A stretch of DNA of 64,000 bases from Octopus sinensis. Lineage: Eukaryota. The position numbers and the translations under genes were made by a program. Of the stretch, positions 27,061 through 39,906 are shown piece after piece. The notes under the pieces are model-generated. The model ran no database searches and was not told the origin of the DNA. It saw nothing but the letters and a program-made list of their open reading frames with translations. The first letter of the stretch is position 1; each line of letters starts with the position of its first letter. The DNA lies in the NCBI RefSeq assembly GCF_006345805.1, contig NC_043011.1, positions 12,598,464 through 12,662,463 on the forward strand. The letters run 5' to 3'.

Positions 27061-27509
27061 TAATATCATTCAAAATGAATTTGCAAGTTTCTGAAATTTC
27101 CCTAAGACTGAGAGATGGAAAACAAAAACATTGTGGCAATTCTTAGCGATCACAAGGGAAACGGGTGATAATTTAGCCCTCTAGCATTTCAACAGGTCAC
27201 ATCTAGCTGAAATATTCTACCTGTTTTATGTTCAAACCAGCCAGCTCAAACCTCTTACACCTACCTATGATGTCATTCTAAAAATATAAAAATCACATCA
27301 GCAAAATCTCAAAAACAATGTCAATAAATAAGCATTACATTTGACAAAGTAATCCAAAGGCAAAGAAATGAAGAATGCAATTCTCAAGTTAATTTACATG
27401 CAAGAAAATGAACATGCTGATCTTTGTTTTAGTTTGTTTGGCTTCATCAACATAGTAAAGTCCTAAAATGCTTGCAACTATGAAATTACAGTTTTTTAAA
27501 AAAAATCTT

Positions 27510-27932
27510 GGATCTTTTCGGTTTGAACAGCAGTTTTTTCTAGCGGTGTCAAATGAAATTGTTAGTCATAATTATGACCCTAGTATCAATCTATTGCATT
27601 TCAATCTGTTTTAGGGTTAGGGTTAGGGTTAGGGGTGGGGGGAAGGGTATCTTTTTTTCTTCACAAATGTAAATAAACCCAATCTGTTTCTTAAACGAGG
27701 GACATATTCATACGGCACAGAATGTTGTTTACCTCAATAGACATCAGTGATTGGTTGAAATTCCAGAAAGTGAAGAAAAAAAACAACAAATATCCTACAA
27801 ACTATAGAATTTTCTCAATAAAGCCAAGAGAAAAAGATGTTTTATAAATACATTCTACCAGTATACGAAGTTTAAAATTTTATAGTTACCTAGAAATTAT
27901 GTTAAAAATTGCCATTCAATCCGAAAAGATCC
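27510..27932. mobile_element. MITE with GG-terminal TIRs and 8-bp TSD (Merlin-like), internal (TTAGGG)4
   Basis: TIRs GGATCTTTTCGG..., perfect TSD AAAATCTT at 27502-27509 and 27933-27940, TTAGGG x4 at 27611-27634. Superfamily is inferred from the TSD and terminal GG. Confidence 0.8.
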
Positions 27933-29297
27933 AAAATCTTTTTATATAGGAATACATTTAATTGTATTTTTTGTCTAAAGCTATTCTGCATAATTAGATT
28001 CAAACAGATTAAAAGCAAGGTTTTAGCTAATTAAATAAATGAGTGATGTGTTGAATTTAATGGCTATTGTTAGCAACTTCAAAGAAACAGGGAGAGAATT
28101 TCAAAATATTAAGAATATATTTCTTAAGTTAAATTACATACTTTGGAAAGCTCAGCTGTTCAAATTCATCTCATTGGCCTCCCGTGAGTTATTTCTCTTA
28201 GCTTTTTTTTTTTTTGTATTTTTAATTCTGCAACATTTTACATCCACATATTTGGAAAAGCATAATGAATGTTTTCATCAAACAACTCGACTCATTTACA
28301 AAAGCAGTCGACTACACCTGCACAGAAGTTTAAATTATTTAGATACTCAAAAGAATGTAATTTATGTCATTATATTCCTTGCAATTTACCCATGAAATCT
28401 ATAGCAAACAGACAGATTAAATAAAACAGCTAAATGTTATTACATAAACTGCAAATTAAAATACAGTATACTTAATGTACAATATAAGCGTATTTAATGT
28501 ACATTATATGCATATTTAATGTATAATATAGCTATATTTAATGTACAATATAACAGCTTATGCTATATTGTACAACACATGTAAAAGATCCTTGTATATT
28601 TTCTGTCATTTACCTACTGATAGCCTAATGTGACTATCCTTCAATTAATCATTATTACGACAATATATGAGATTTATTATACTTCATGTTTTCTAAAAAA
28701 AAAAAACTTTTATATTATATTTACTTCTGTATTATATTAGAAGTAAACATATTAAAATCTTCATGAATATATATATAAAAAAAAAATTAATCAATGTTAA
28801 GAGTATCAAAATTGTGTTAGAAAAAAAAAAAACTTTTACCGAAAGAATGTTAGATAATTGAATGATTTATTAAGTAAATCCAATACGTTATTCTGGAAAC
28901 ATGTTTTAAGTTATTTGGCTTCATACTATCTTTGGTTTAAAGCTATCACATACTGAAACTTTCCCGAAGCCTTTCTCTTCCATAGATATTAGCGCTGCAG
29001 TTTTTCTTCGTTATACTTTACTGCTATTATCTCTTTAAAATATTATATAAGAGCACATTTTAATTATTTAACTTCATATTGTTTTTTTTTGTTGTTTTTT
29101 TTGTAATAATCTGTCTAAAATGTTTTGCTGAGCATTTTTCTATTTTGAAGAAGAAATGTTTTATTCAGTTGCCAAACCAATTTTTCAAAAGAACCTATCA
29201 TAACAAAAGTAAATTGAAAGCTCCGAACATCTTCACAGTTTTTTTTTAAAACCTTTTTTACTATTGTGTCACAACTGCTGATACTCTCATTACATAC

Positions 29298-29416
29298 CAA
29301 CATGTTCAATCTCTTTAGCAGAATGCTTCTCAAGTTAATACAACTCCAAAATCTATGTAAACTTAGTTTTCTTGTTATCTGCCAAGCCAGGGATGGAACA
29401 AATGCAATTGACAAGT
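29298..29416 (-). CDS. Weak candidate exon of the putative minus-strand host gene
   Basis: ttctatttcacacAG acceptor, open frame LSIAFVPSLAWQITRKLSLHRFWSCINLRSILLKRLNML, TTG|GTATGT donor. No homology recognised. Confidence 0.2.
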
Positions 29417-29491
29417 CTGTGTGAAATAGAATTTTTTGCTCAACTGTCTGCCCATTTCAACTCTACTACATCACTACTCTATTAACTTATA

Positions 29492-29654
29492 GGCGCAGGA
29501 GTGGCTGTGTGGTAAGTAGCTTGCTTACGAACCACATGGTTCCAGGTTCAGTCCCACTGCATGGCACCTTGGGCAAGTGTCTTCTGCTATAGCCTCGGGC
29601 CGACCAAAGCCTTGTGAGTGGATTTGGTAGACGGAAACTGAAAGAAGCCCGTCG

Positions 29655-29729
<75 letters not shown>

Positions 29730-29932
29730 TTGTGTGTCTGTGTTTGTCCCTCCAACATCACTTGACAACCGATGCTGGTGTGTTTACGTCCCCATAACTT
29801 GGCGGTTCGGCAAAAGAGAAACCGATAGATTAAGTACTAGACTTACAAAGAATAAGTCTTGGGGTCGATTTGCTCGACTAGAGGCGGTGATCCAACATGG
29901 CCACAGTCAAGTGACTGAAACAAGTAAAAGAG
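29492..29932 (+). mobile_element. SINE family B
   Basis: Full-length match to 11327-11840. Confidence 0.9.
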
Positions 29933-30344
29933 TTACATTTCATCCTCTGTAATTTCTCTTCTCCATTAAGCTCATTTTGTCACTGTGTTTGTTAATAATG
30001 AAGTTATATCAATTCGGCTTTTCTACTAAGTATGTATCAATCATCAGAGTATGCATGGGGTCCCAATTATATCAACATACCTGTTGGTTATGCTGAAGCC
30101 TATTTTACCTTTGACCTGAACAATGATGCCTGCATTGATACCATCTTACATACCTGCAATCATCTCAGTTTTCATATTCTAAATCAACAGCTCCCAACCT
30201 AGTGTTGTCTTTGCTTAGTGGTGAGGAATATCATTCTCTGGTTCCTATTTGCTGTAGGGAACTATATCCCTCTGTGGTACCTACTTATTATAGTAAACTG
30301 CAATAGATGGTACAATAGGTACCATTTAGTGGTACCTAATTTTT

Positions 30345-30801
30345 GAAGAACAAGGCCAGCAATTTGGAAGTGAAGTGAACTAGTCAATATCATCGACGCA
30401 GGCTGGAAAGCGGAACATTTTCCAATTGAAGTCAGATGTAGAGGGTTCGTTGGACACAGTGTGAGACGTCTGTTGTTATCGCTAGGCCTAACTCATCGTA
30501 AAGTCAATACCACCATGACTGATATCCAATTTACAGTGGAGAAAGCTAGCCACTGGATTTGGTTAAAAAGAGACGATGAGCGATGGCTAGAAGGATATTG
30601 AGTTTAACTTCATAACCAGCTGATCTAGCAAGTGGGGCCTCATATCAGTGAGGGGGGGGGCGGTGCCATCGATGCTGTCAAGAGGTAGGCCCCGAAACAG
30701 CGCGTATTCTCTCCTGATGACCCCATACACTTGCTGGCTTCAGGTATACAGATCTTTTGACTGGTAGCACTTGCATGTGCAAGTTGTTTGCAAGACATCT
30801 A
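30345..30801 (+). mobile_element. 3' end of an RLE-type non-LTR retrotransposon (Hero/NeSL-like)
   Basis: Translates ELVNIIDAGWKAEHFPIEVRCRGFVGHSVRRLL...EKASHWIWLKRD* (stop 30599-30601). PxEVG(R)CRGF is typical of restriction-like endonuclease C-termini. Followed by a GC-rich 3' UTR. Confidence 0.7.
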
Positions 30802-31467
30802 ACACAGTATTTGATTGGAACTTAATTTTATCAACCCTGGAGGTAAGAAAGACAAAGTTGATATCAGCAGGGTTTGAGCTCAGAATGAAAAGAGCTGGAA
30901 CAAATACAGAGAAGTATTTTCCGCAACACTAATGATTCTGCCAGCTCACTCCCCGGTACTGGAAATTTTATTATCTGGATAATAGTGCCAGAAATTCTTT
31001 TCCTTCTCTATTCTGGCAGAAGAAACACAAGTTTATATCACATTTTTCTTCAGGTGGCAGAAGATAATGCTGGTTATGATAATGTCTATAAAAGCAGCAC
31101 TCAGGAGGATGAGGAGGATGAGGGGGATGAGGATGAGGAAGAGGGGAATGACAATGGTGGTGTTGATGGCAGACGCTGTGGCAAGGATAATGATGGCCAT
31201 GTTGACAATGACACTGCTGCTGATGCAACAGCAAGGAGAAGAACAATACATCACTGACATAAACAATATTTGCTCTTAGCATCTGTTTCTGTGTTCCATC
31301 AAATGAAGTGTTAAATTTCACCTTTCCTGGCCTTCTTCAGCCATCTCTCTTTGGAGTATCATTAATTACATTGATCCAACATTATTATTTATAAAAATAT
31401 TTACATTATTAGAAATATTGAATTTCTAAATGTCTCAGAGAGACATAAGCGGTGGTGGAGTGATAGA

Positions 31468-31712
31468 GTGGTTGTATACTGTCAACTTAACGTGACAGTC
31501 CCATAAAGGGAATTACACAACCGCTATTTAGCCCTAGGAAACATCGACGTCTCCTGTTGGCTTTGACACATTTTCTGTGTCCTTATATTTGCAAAGGGGA
31601 GGCAATCACACCTGCAAGCCGGGACAGGAGACGTCGATGTTTCCTAGGGCTAAATGGCGGTGGTGTAATGCCCTTATGGGACTGTCACATTGAGTTGACA
31701 GTATACAACCAC
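31468..31712. mobile_element. MITE with about 90-bp TIRs, probably Tc1/mariner-derived
   Basis: gtggttgtatactgtcaac...aaacatcgacgtctcctgt is complementary to acaggagacgtcgatgttt...gttgacagtatacaaccac. TA on the right flank. Confidence 0.85.
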
Positions 31713-32154
31713 TATTTACATTATATCATGTTCAAAACCAACCCTGATTGAGCAAGTTTATGATCAAAGTTGTTCCCACTATAACAATCCAATCTTAATT
31801 TTAAGCATTATATCAGCTACATACGTTGTCTAATACGTTCTCTTTAAAGACAGTACAGTATAATTTGAGAAGAATTCAACTGCTTTTTCTAGGACATAGA
31901 TCAAATTTTGTTGTTTCGACTAACATCATGTATTTTCTTCATTGTTTGTTTAAATTGACATAAACGTGTATGTAAGCTCACAGTTCCAACTTCTTTCCGT
32001 ATTTGCTCAATTTCTCGAATGACGTTGCATATCTGTCAAACTGTGAAAAAGAACTGACTTGAACTGTGATGATTCAATCAATCCATTTCAACACAGGGGG
32101 AAGCAGAAGTAAAATGATGATGGTGAAGGTGGTTGTATATCATCATCATTTTGA

Positions 32155-32430
<276 letters not shown>

Positions 32431-32432
32431 GT

Positions 32433-32745
32433 GGGGGCGCAATGACCCAGTGGTTAGGGCAGCAGACTTGCGGTTGTAGGATCGCAGTTTCAATTCCCAG
32501 ACCAGGTGTTGTGAGTGTTTATTGAGCGAAAACACCTAAAGCTACATGAGTCTCTGGCAGGGGGTGGGGTGGCGATCCCTGCTGCACTCTTTCGCCACAA
32601 CTTTCTCTCACTCTTTCATCTGTTGGCCTGCTCGATTAGCCAGCGGGGTGGCGTCATTTGAAGGTTAAAACAATGCGAAGCGCATTGTGACCAGCGATGT
32701 GTAGCAATATCTGATAGCCTGGTTGGTCACGGTGATCACGGTGAT
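32433..32745 (+). mobile_element. SINE family D, tail type iv
   Basis: D head, then the tail tgttggcctgctcg...cacggtgatcacggtgat, which also occurs alone at 57977-58096. Confidence 0.85.
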
Positions 32746-32829
32746 ATATATATATATATAATATGAAAAGGTTTATATTTCTTATTAAATGACATTTTTA
32801 TGTTTCAGATTCTATATGTGACTGTTTAA

Positions 32830-33600
32830 TCAGGTCATGTACAAAAGAAGCCTTGAAACTGTCTGAATTTCAAAGAGGCCATACTGTGGGTCATTTTGAA
32901 GGTGGATATGGTCAGCGTAAAATCGCAGAAAACCTTGGGATCTTGCTTTCTACAGTTAATATGATTGAGCAGAGAGAGAAAGGAGTCCACATCACCTTGT
33001 CCAGATCAACCAGGGCCCCCTGACAGGACCCTTCTCTTTGCTAAGAGAAGTGTAGTGGATAATCCTCATTGCAAGACCTCTGACACAGCAGAACAAGTTG
33101 ATGTCAGTCCTAGAACAGCTGTCAGGTATCTCCACAATCTTGATAACTATGACAGAGCAGGAAGAAGGAAGCCACATCTTTGACCAGCCAATATCAAGCA
33201 GAGAAATGTTTGGGTCAGTGAGATGGTGGAGAGGCCATTAGCATTTTGGGACACTGTATTATTCTCTGATGAGTCTGGATTTGCTGTATTTCCTAACACT
33301 GGTCGAGTGTGGTCTGGAATCTCTGTGATCAAGAATTTAACATGAAAAGATTGTGACCTGCAATGAAACACATCCAGTTCTTAGGTGTCTTAAATAGAGA
33401 CCACACAGTTGCTAGTATTTTGGACAGATCACCAACTTCCTTCTTTGCTTCAATCAGTCTTGGGGAATCAACAAAAGGTCATGTTTTTAATGACATCCCA
33501 GTTCTGAACCAAGACTGTAACAATGTAACTCCCACTGTTAATAAAATTCTGTTATATCTCTAAAACTGTATTTATAAACTATGTCCCCTAATTCCCTAAT
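32830..33600 (+). mobile_element. Tc1-like transposase remnant
   Basis: LSEFQRGHTVG...GQRKIAENLG HTH-like piece; RRKPHL...FWDTVLFSDES...GRVW. Stops, frameshifts and a deletion of the C-terminal part. Confidence 0.75.
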
Positions 33601-33734
33601 TACAGCCATCTAATGAAAAAAAAAAGTCATTATCTTCCAGGTAATGTCTTTGTTCAATATGTAGGAAGGGAATAAGTAAAAAGTTGGTATTGTGTACTCA
33701 GAGTAACCAATGGACTTAAAAAGATGCAATAAAA

Positions 33735-34095
33735 CATCATCATCATCATCGCTTAACGTCCGCTTTTCATGCTAGCATGGGTTGGACGATTTTGACTGAG
33801 GGCTGGCGAACAAGATAGCTGCACCAGGCTCCAATCTTGATCTGGCAGAGTTTCTACAGCTGGATGCCCTTCCTAACATCAACCACTCTGAGAGTGTAGT
33901 GGGTGCTTTTTACGTGCCACCAGCACGGGTGCCAGTCAGGCGATACTGGCAACGACCTTGTTCGAATCATTTTACACGTGTCCACCGGCACAGGTGCTAG
34001 TGAAGTGATGTTGGCAACAGGCATGCTCGAATGGTGCCCTTTTACATGCCACTGGCACGGAAGCCAGTTGGCTGCTCTGGCAACAATCATGTTCG
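33735..34095 (-). mobile_element. Family A repeat
   Basis: (CAT)n tail and family A core; closely related to 2110-2640 and 37210-37516. Confidence 0.85.
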
Positions 34096-35312
34096 GATTA
34101 GCACCCTATGGATCATTAATAGATATCTAGGACTACAGATATGAAGTACAGGAATTATTAGCAGGAGAAGCACACATAAAATGAAGGATGTGAATTGCTC
34201 AGATGTTTTTGTTGCTAGCAGTAATAACTTATTTTTGTTATTTTTCTCTGCGGCCTGTATATGTGTTCAGAAATTGCAGCTAAATCTGTTTCAAATCATA
34301 CTGTAACGTTTTAAAGAGGAAGGCCATCCCAGAATATCTGGTTCAGAAAAACATCTGTCTCTATCTAGGGCTAATCCAGAGTTGAAAAATAGCAAATGGT
34401 TCTGAAAATCCATGAGGTGGGTAGGGGAGACTGAAAGCTGTTCAGAGATTAGTGTAATTGTGTTTACTACAACTTCTCTCTTCAAAGAGAAAGGCAAACT
34501 ATATGACTTATATATGGAACTAATGTAATACTACTGCATGTTAGTCAGACATTACTTTTTATGTCCTGATTATCCATTTCCATATCATCGTTTCTTTTTT
34601 TTTTTTTTTTTTTTTTTTCCCAAATATTTCTTTCAGTTTCTTCTCTGTAGCTTCTTAACAATAATTCAGCCACTTTCTGCAATTATCGTTTCAAATAAAC
34701 TACTCTAGAACCAGCTTTAAAAAAAAAAATGAAAAGAAAAGTTTCTATACAAAACAATTACTACTATGGCATGTAGCTTTAAGACAAGATATAATATTGG
34801 AAATAAATGTAGGGAAACTCCACTCATCGGTCAAAAAAAAAAAATCATAGAAATCAGCTAGCAACATTACAGAAGATTTGCAACCAATCTATTTATCTAA
34901 TGGAAGCAATGATTTTCTTTAAGAGATAATCACAGCTAAATACATAAAAATAAAGTAAATTTGTCTTATTGCTATTGTGGAATCTGAACTTTGTATCGAG
35001 TTCTCAGCCCCCGTCTAAAGTTAAACCATGGAGAGAGAAATTTTATATTTTTTTACTGAATCAATATATCTAAACACACACACACACACACAAGTAAATA
35101 ACTGCATACACATACACATTATTACACACACGCAAACACAAAAACAAACATGTGGGTATATATGTGTGTGTGTGTGTGTGTAAACAAATAAGTGTGAACA
35201 GGAGGAAGAACAGAGAGCGCTTAAATGCATAGATATATGCAAGCAGTATGCTAACACATACGTACACACACGTACATTCAAACACACCTACATATATATA
35301 TATATATATATA

Positions 35313-35845
35313 CCAATTAAGGACTGAACACGAAAAAGTGGACAGTCAACATGCTAGATATAGACGTCAAATCGCCATTCTCCACAAAGATTTTGTTCTC
35401 AAATAAAAATAAAATTCAGCACGACCTAAAGCAATGGATGAGACAAAAGAAATATACTAAATGGAATAATCACCTACGTACCGTACAGTTTCAGCTATTA
35501 ATATCACAAGGATATCTGTAGCTTCGTCAGCGTAGTTTGTTATGAACATAATATGCTGTACTAGATGAAAAACGGTACCGGAGTCCCGCATGCAAAAAGT
35601 ACAACTTATTACGTTCGGAAGTATCTTTCAAATGCCTCTACTTTTGGCGCGCTGATAATCGAAAAACCAGCCTGCAGCTAATAATTAGCAGCAGTCAATT
35701 TATCGGTTTGAGAACATATATTTCATATTTAAAAATTAAGGGTAGAAATTGATATTAGTCAATTAAAACCAATGGTCTAGCACATTAAAAAGAATCCGAA
35801 GATTAAAATATTTATATATTAAAATATATAAAATATATATTAAAA

Positions 35846-35850
<5 letters not shown>
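35313..35850 (-). mobile_element. Unclassified (TA)n-flanked element carrying hammerhead HHR2
   Basis: About 540 bp of complex sequence between two (TA)n tracts, containing a complete hammerhead fold. Confidence 0.55.
35474..35535 (-). ncRNA. Type I hammerhead ribozyme (HHR2)
   Basis: Minus strand reads CUACG-CUGACGA-AGCUA[cag]AUAUC(cuugu)GAUAU[uaa]UAGCU-GAAA-CUGUACGG-UA-CGUAG. Stem I is a perfect 5 bp, stem II is 5+5 bp, helix III is near-palindromic, and the triplet is GUA (A at 35479). Confidence 0.85.
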
Positions 35851-35913
<63 letters not shown>

Positions 35914-35915
<2 letters not shown>

Positions 35916-36323
35916 TCTTTTACTCTTTTACTTGTTTCAGTCATATGACTGTAGCCATGCTGGAGCACTGCCTTTAGTCGAGCAAATCGACCCCAGGACT
36001 TATTCTTTGTAAGCCTAGTACTTATTTTATCGATCTGTTTTGCTGAACCGCTAAGTTATGGGGACGTAAACACACCAGCATCGGTTGTCAAGTGATGTCG
36101 GGGGGACAAACACAGACACACAAACATATACACACACATACATATATATATACATATATACGACGGTCTTCTTTCAGTTTTCGTCTACCAAATCCACTCA
36201 CAAGGCTTTGGTCGGCCCAGGGCTATAGTAGAAGACACTTGCCCAAGGTACCACGCAGTGGGGCTGAACCTGGAACCATGTGGTTCGTAAGCAAGCTACT
36301 TACCATGCAGCCACTCCTACACC
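35914..36323 (-). mobile_element. SINE family B
   Basis: Full-length reverse copy. Confidence 0.9.
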
Positions 36324-37209
36324 TATATATATATATATATACAACTAAACACACAAATGTTCAGACATGTGTATGTCTATGTTGATTGAAGATGAACGTT
36401 AGCAGTTGTTTTCTGCCTATTTTCTCATTGGTGATAAAATTCAATATGTTCTTATTTATCTCTTCTTAAGTATAAAAGTGACAAGCGAGTGAATTCTATT
36501 TGAGCTGTATGGAAAAAGAAATAAGATTATAGAATCAATACTTGTATAAAACAGCAGCAATCAGGTGAAAATATACAATATACACCCAGAGGTGTATCAA
36601 AACCAACCTGTACTGCAAATTATGCATTCCAAGACTATTTTTAATAGAAATATTTAGTACATTTTGTAGATTAATGTGATAGGTCAATGGTTATCAAGTA
36701 TGTGCACGCACACACACACACACACTCACACACACACACACACTCACACACACACACACACACACATCATGTAGACAGAGCACACTTGAATCAATCAACC
36801 AGTCTCCTCCACATTCTCTCATGTACCGCCATCTCTGCAACTCTGCAATACAGTTCTTTACAAAGTTTGTGTCCTCCAGCAACGCACATATGTTTGACAA
36901 TGTCTGCTTCTTCTTCTTTTATCACATACTGGTTACCATAGCAATGGTTGATGTAAAACTTCATCTTTTCATTGCCAACAGTGTCCCACAAACTTCAGTC
37001 TGCATTGTTTGGTAGTTTCTGTTAATAACGGTATACTTCCATATAAAACACCGTTTGGTAAATATTACTACCTGGGAACGTTTTCCACCCTTATTAACAT
37101 CTTTATATAGCTTTAATCTTTCTGTTACTTCCATAGATGACCAACATTCAGCAACACTAAAATAACTGAATTGGAATACCATTAAATAGATTGGCTCTCA
37201 TATTAAAGG

Positions 37210-37516
37210 GCACCATTCGAGCGTGATCATTACCAACGTCGCTTCACTGGCACCTGTGTCAGTGGCACGTGTAAAAAGATTCGAGCGAGGTCATTGCCAG
37301 TACCGCCTGACTGGCGCCCGTGCAGGTGGCACGTAATTAAAGCACCCATTACACTTTCGGAGTAGTTGGCGTTAGGAAGGGCATCCAGATGTAGAAACTC
37401 TGCCAGATCAAGACTGGAGCCTGGTGCAGCCATCTGGTTTGCCAGCCCTCAGTCAAAACCGTCCAACCCATGCTAGCATGGAAAATGGACGTTAAATAAT
37501 GATGATGATGATGATG
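37210..37516 (+). mobile_element. Family A repeat inserted in the RTE remnant
   Basis: (GAT)n tail; TSD ATTAAAGG at 37202-37209 and 37517-37524. Confidence 0.9.
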
Positions 37517-37717
37517 ATTAAAGGTATCTTATTCATTGTTGATCATGCACATATAATTCTTCATTCATTGACTCTCTCTCTTTGAGATTTTGATCCCTGA
37601 TCCTAGATATTTGAAGTCAGTCACACATTTCATGTTTGCACTCTTTCAATATGTATGTTCTTTTTGTTAATTGAAAGCCATAAGCTCAGTCTTATTTCCA
37701 TTGGTATGTAATCCAAA

Positions 37718-37950
37718 GGTGGCAAGCTGGCAGAATCGTTAGCACGCCGGGCGAAATGCTTAGCGGTATTTCGTCTGCCATTACGTTGTGAGTTCAAATT
37801 CTACCAAGGTCAACTTTGCCTTTCATCCTTTTCGGGTCGATAAATTAAGTACCAGTTATGCACTGGGGGTCGATGTAATCGGCTTAATACCTATGTCTTT
37901 CCTTGTTTGACCCCTCTGTGTTTAGCCCCTTGTGGGTAATAAAGAAATAG
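37718..37950 (+). mobile_element. SINE family C inserted in the RTE remnant
   Basis: tRNA-like head (agctggcagaatcg; gagttcaaattc). Imperfect TSD gtatgtaatccaa / atatgtagtccaa. Confidence 0.9.
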
Positions 37951-38284
37951 ATATGTAGTCCAATCTGCTTTGCAACTTCCTTAACTCACTGAAATAGTGG
38001 CTGAGTTTCCTTCACAGTATTAGAAGTAAAAGCTATATCGTCAGTGCGAAATGTATCAGTAATAATAATAGTTGTAGAATGACACTTTTTTGAGGATCTA
38101 TAAACACACATGCACATGTGCGCGCACACACACACTCACAAACACACACACATACACACACATGCATATACACTCACATTTGTATGTGTGTGTGAAACCA
38201 GTATCAATAGGTAAAGAATTACAGAATATAATTCTGTGTTAGAAGAGAACAGGTTTTTCATTATCAGCGTAGGTGGTTGCTTGG

Positions 38285-38428
38285 CTGTGTGGTAAGAAAC
38301 TTGCTTCCTAGCCACATAGTTCTGGGTTCAGTCCCACTGAATGGCACCTTGGTTAAGTGTCTGCTACAATAGCCTAGGGCCAATCATAGTCTTGTAAGTG
38401 GATTTGGTAAATGGAAACTAGAAGAAGA

Positions 38429-38497
<69 letters not shown>

Positions 38498-38690
38498 TGT
38501 GTCTGTGTGTGTCTGTGTTTGTCCCCCACCACTGCTTGCAAACCAGTGCCAGTGTATTTATACCCCCATAACTTTACTAAGTACTAGGCTTTAAAAAAAG
38601 TAAGTCTTGGGGTTGATTTGTTGAACTAAAACCCTTCGAGATGGTGCCCCTGCATGGCCACAGTGAAAATGAATGAAACAAGTATAAGAG
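38285..38690 (+). mobile_element. Degenerate SINE family B
   Basis: Diverged head, long (TG)n and tail. Confidence 0.8.
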
Positions 38691-39483
38691 AAACGATTCC
38701 AGGAAACCTTTGTGATTTAGAAACTTCTCAGCAATTACCTTGCCTTTTATTTGAATTACTATTTGCTTAAAAGTCAGATTTGGATGCATAATCACACAGC
38801 AGGGAGTGCTGCTTTCAAATGAACAAGTGTTTATGTATTTCCTATCCCATAACGAATACTGTAGTGATCATGCTGAAAAATGCTCCTACCCTCAGCTGGT
38901 GAGGGTTTTATATAACATTCTAATATCATTGATGAATAAAAAATATTATAATCATATAGAAAGAGATTAAAAAACTTTTAATACAAAAAAAAAGCCACAG
39001 ATATTAATTAGATATTAATTACAACAATAATTAAGTTCTCTTTTGATAAATTAGAAGCAACAAATTGATCAAAATAGAATATACTATTTCTTTTAATTCT
39101 AAAAATAATACAGATGGCTGATGTTATCTACAGGAGGTATCATGAACACCATAGGCAAATATCACTTGTCTTATTCACATCCTTTGTTGACATCAGGTAA
39201 CTGAACTTTCTATCACAGAACAAAGAAAGGTAATCAACTTTGACAGTGCAGCTTCCTGTACATCACCTTTATTTCTGATATATATATATATATATAAACA
39301 TATACATACATATATTTATCTTTCCTTCTTTATTTTACTGACAGTCTAGAGGAAATACTAATAAAACTGTTCATTTTATTCTAGGCTAATGTATCGTAAT
39401 TATCACTAAAAGGCTTATCAGAGAACATGAGCATCACACAATTTCATTTCCTTTTAACCATAAACCTAAAACCTTGGTATATA

Positions 39484-39906
39484 GGCACAAGAGTGGCTGT
39501 GTGGTAAGTAGCTTGCTTACCAACCACATGGTTCCGGGTTCGGTCTCACTGCGTGGCAGCTTGGGCAAGTGTCTTCTACTATAGCCTTAGGCCGACCAAA
39601 GCCTTGTGAGTGGATTTGGTAGATGGAAACTGAAAGAAGCCCGTCGTATATATGTATGTATATATATATATGTATATATATATGTATGTGTGTGTATATG
39701 TTTGTGTGTCTGTGTTTGTCCCTCCAACATCGCTTGACAACCGATGCTGGTGTGTTTACGTCCCCGTAACTTAGCAGTTCGGCAAAAGAGAAACCGATAG
39801 ATTAAGTACTAGGTTTACAAAGAATAAGTCCTGGGGTCGATTTGTTCGACTAAAGGCGGTGCTCCAGCATGGCCACAGTCAAATGACTGAAACAAGTAAA
39901 AGAGTA
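39484..39906 (+). mobile_element. SINE family B
   Basis: Full-length, close to the apparent family consensus. Confidence 0.9.

Larger units (their letters stand above)
36790..38070 (-). mobile_element. Old RTE-type LINE remnant interrupted by two younger insertions
   Basis: Minus-strand pieces in order: TDDIAFTSNTVKE...IGLHI (37950-38060), KCVTDFKYLGS (about 37590-37640), VAECWS and RLKFVGHCWQ...MWRRLV (36790-37190). Confidence 0.75.

Noticed and set aside
30985-31257. Acidic plus-strand ORF with a good-looking acceptor at about 31054
   Set aside because: Composition fits degenerate GAT/GAG trinucleotide repeats, all frames are open, and there is no donor or homology support.
36694-37182. 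Overlapping minus-strand ORFs resembling host exons
   Set aside because: Frame-hopping translation gives RTE motifs (RLKFVGHCW), so this is a LINE remnant.
37995-38050. Minus-strand CTGACGA...GAAAC
   Set aside because: It is the degenerate xADD coding motif of the RTE remnant; no valid cleavage triplet or stems.
39111-39197. Plus-strand MADVIYRRYHEHHRQISLVLFTSFVDI followed by a GTAACT donor
   Set aside because: A-rich weak acceptor, no recognisable homology and no consistent plus-strand exon chain. Short plus-strand candidates at about 8171, 11086, 12571 and 13482 are equally unsupported.
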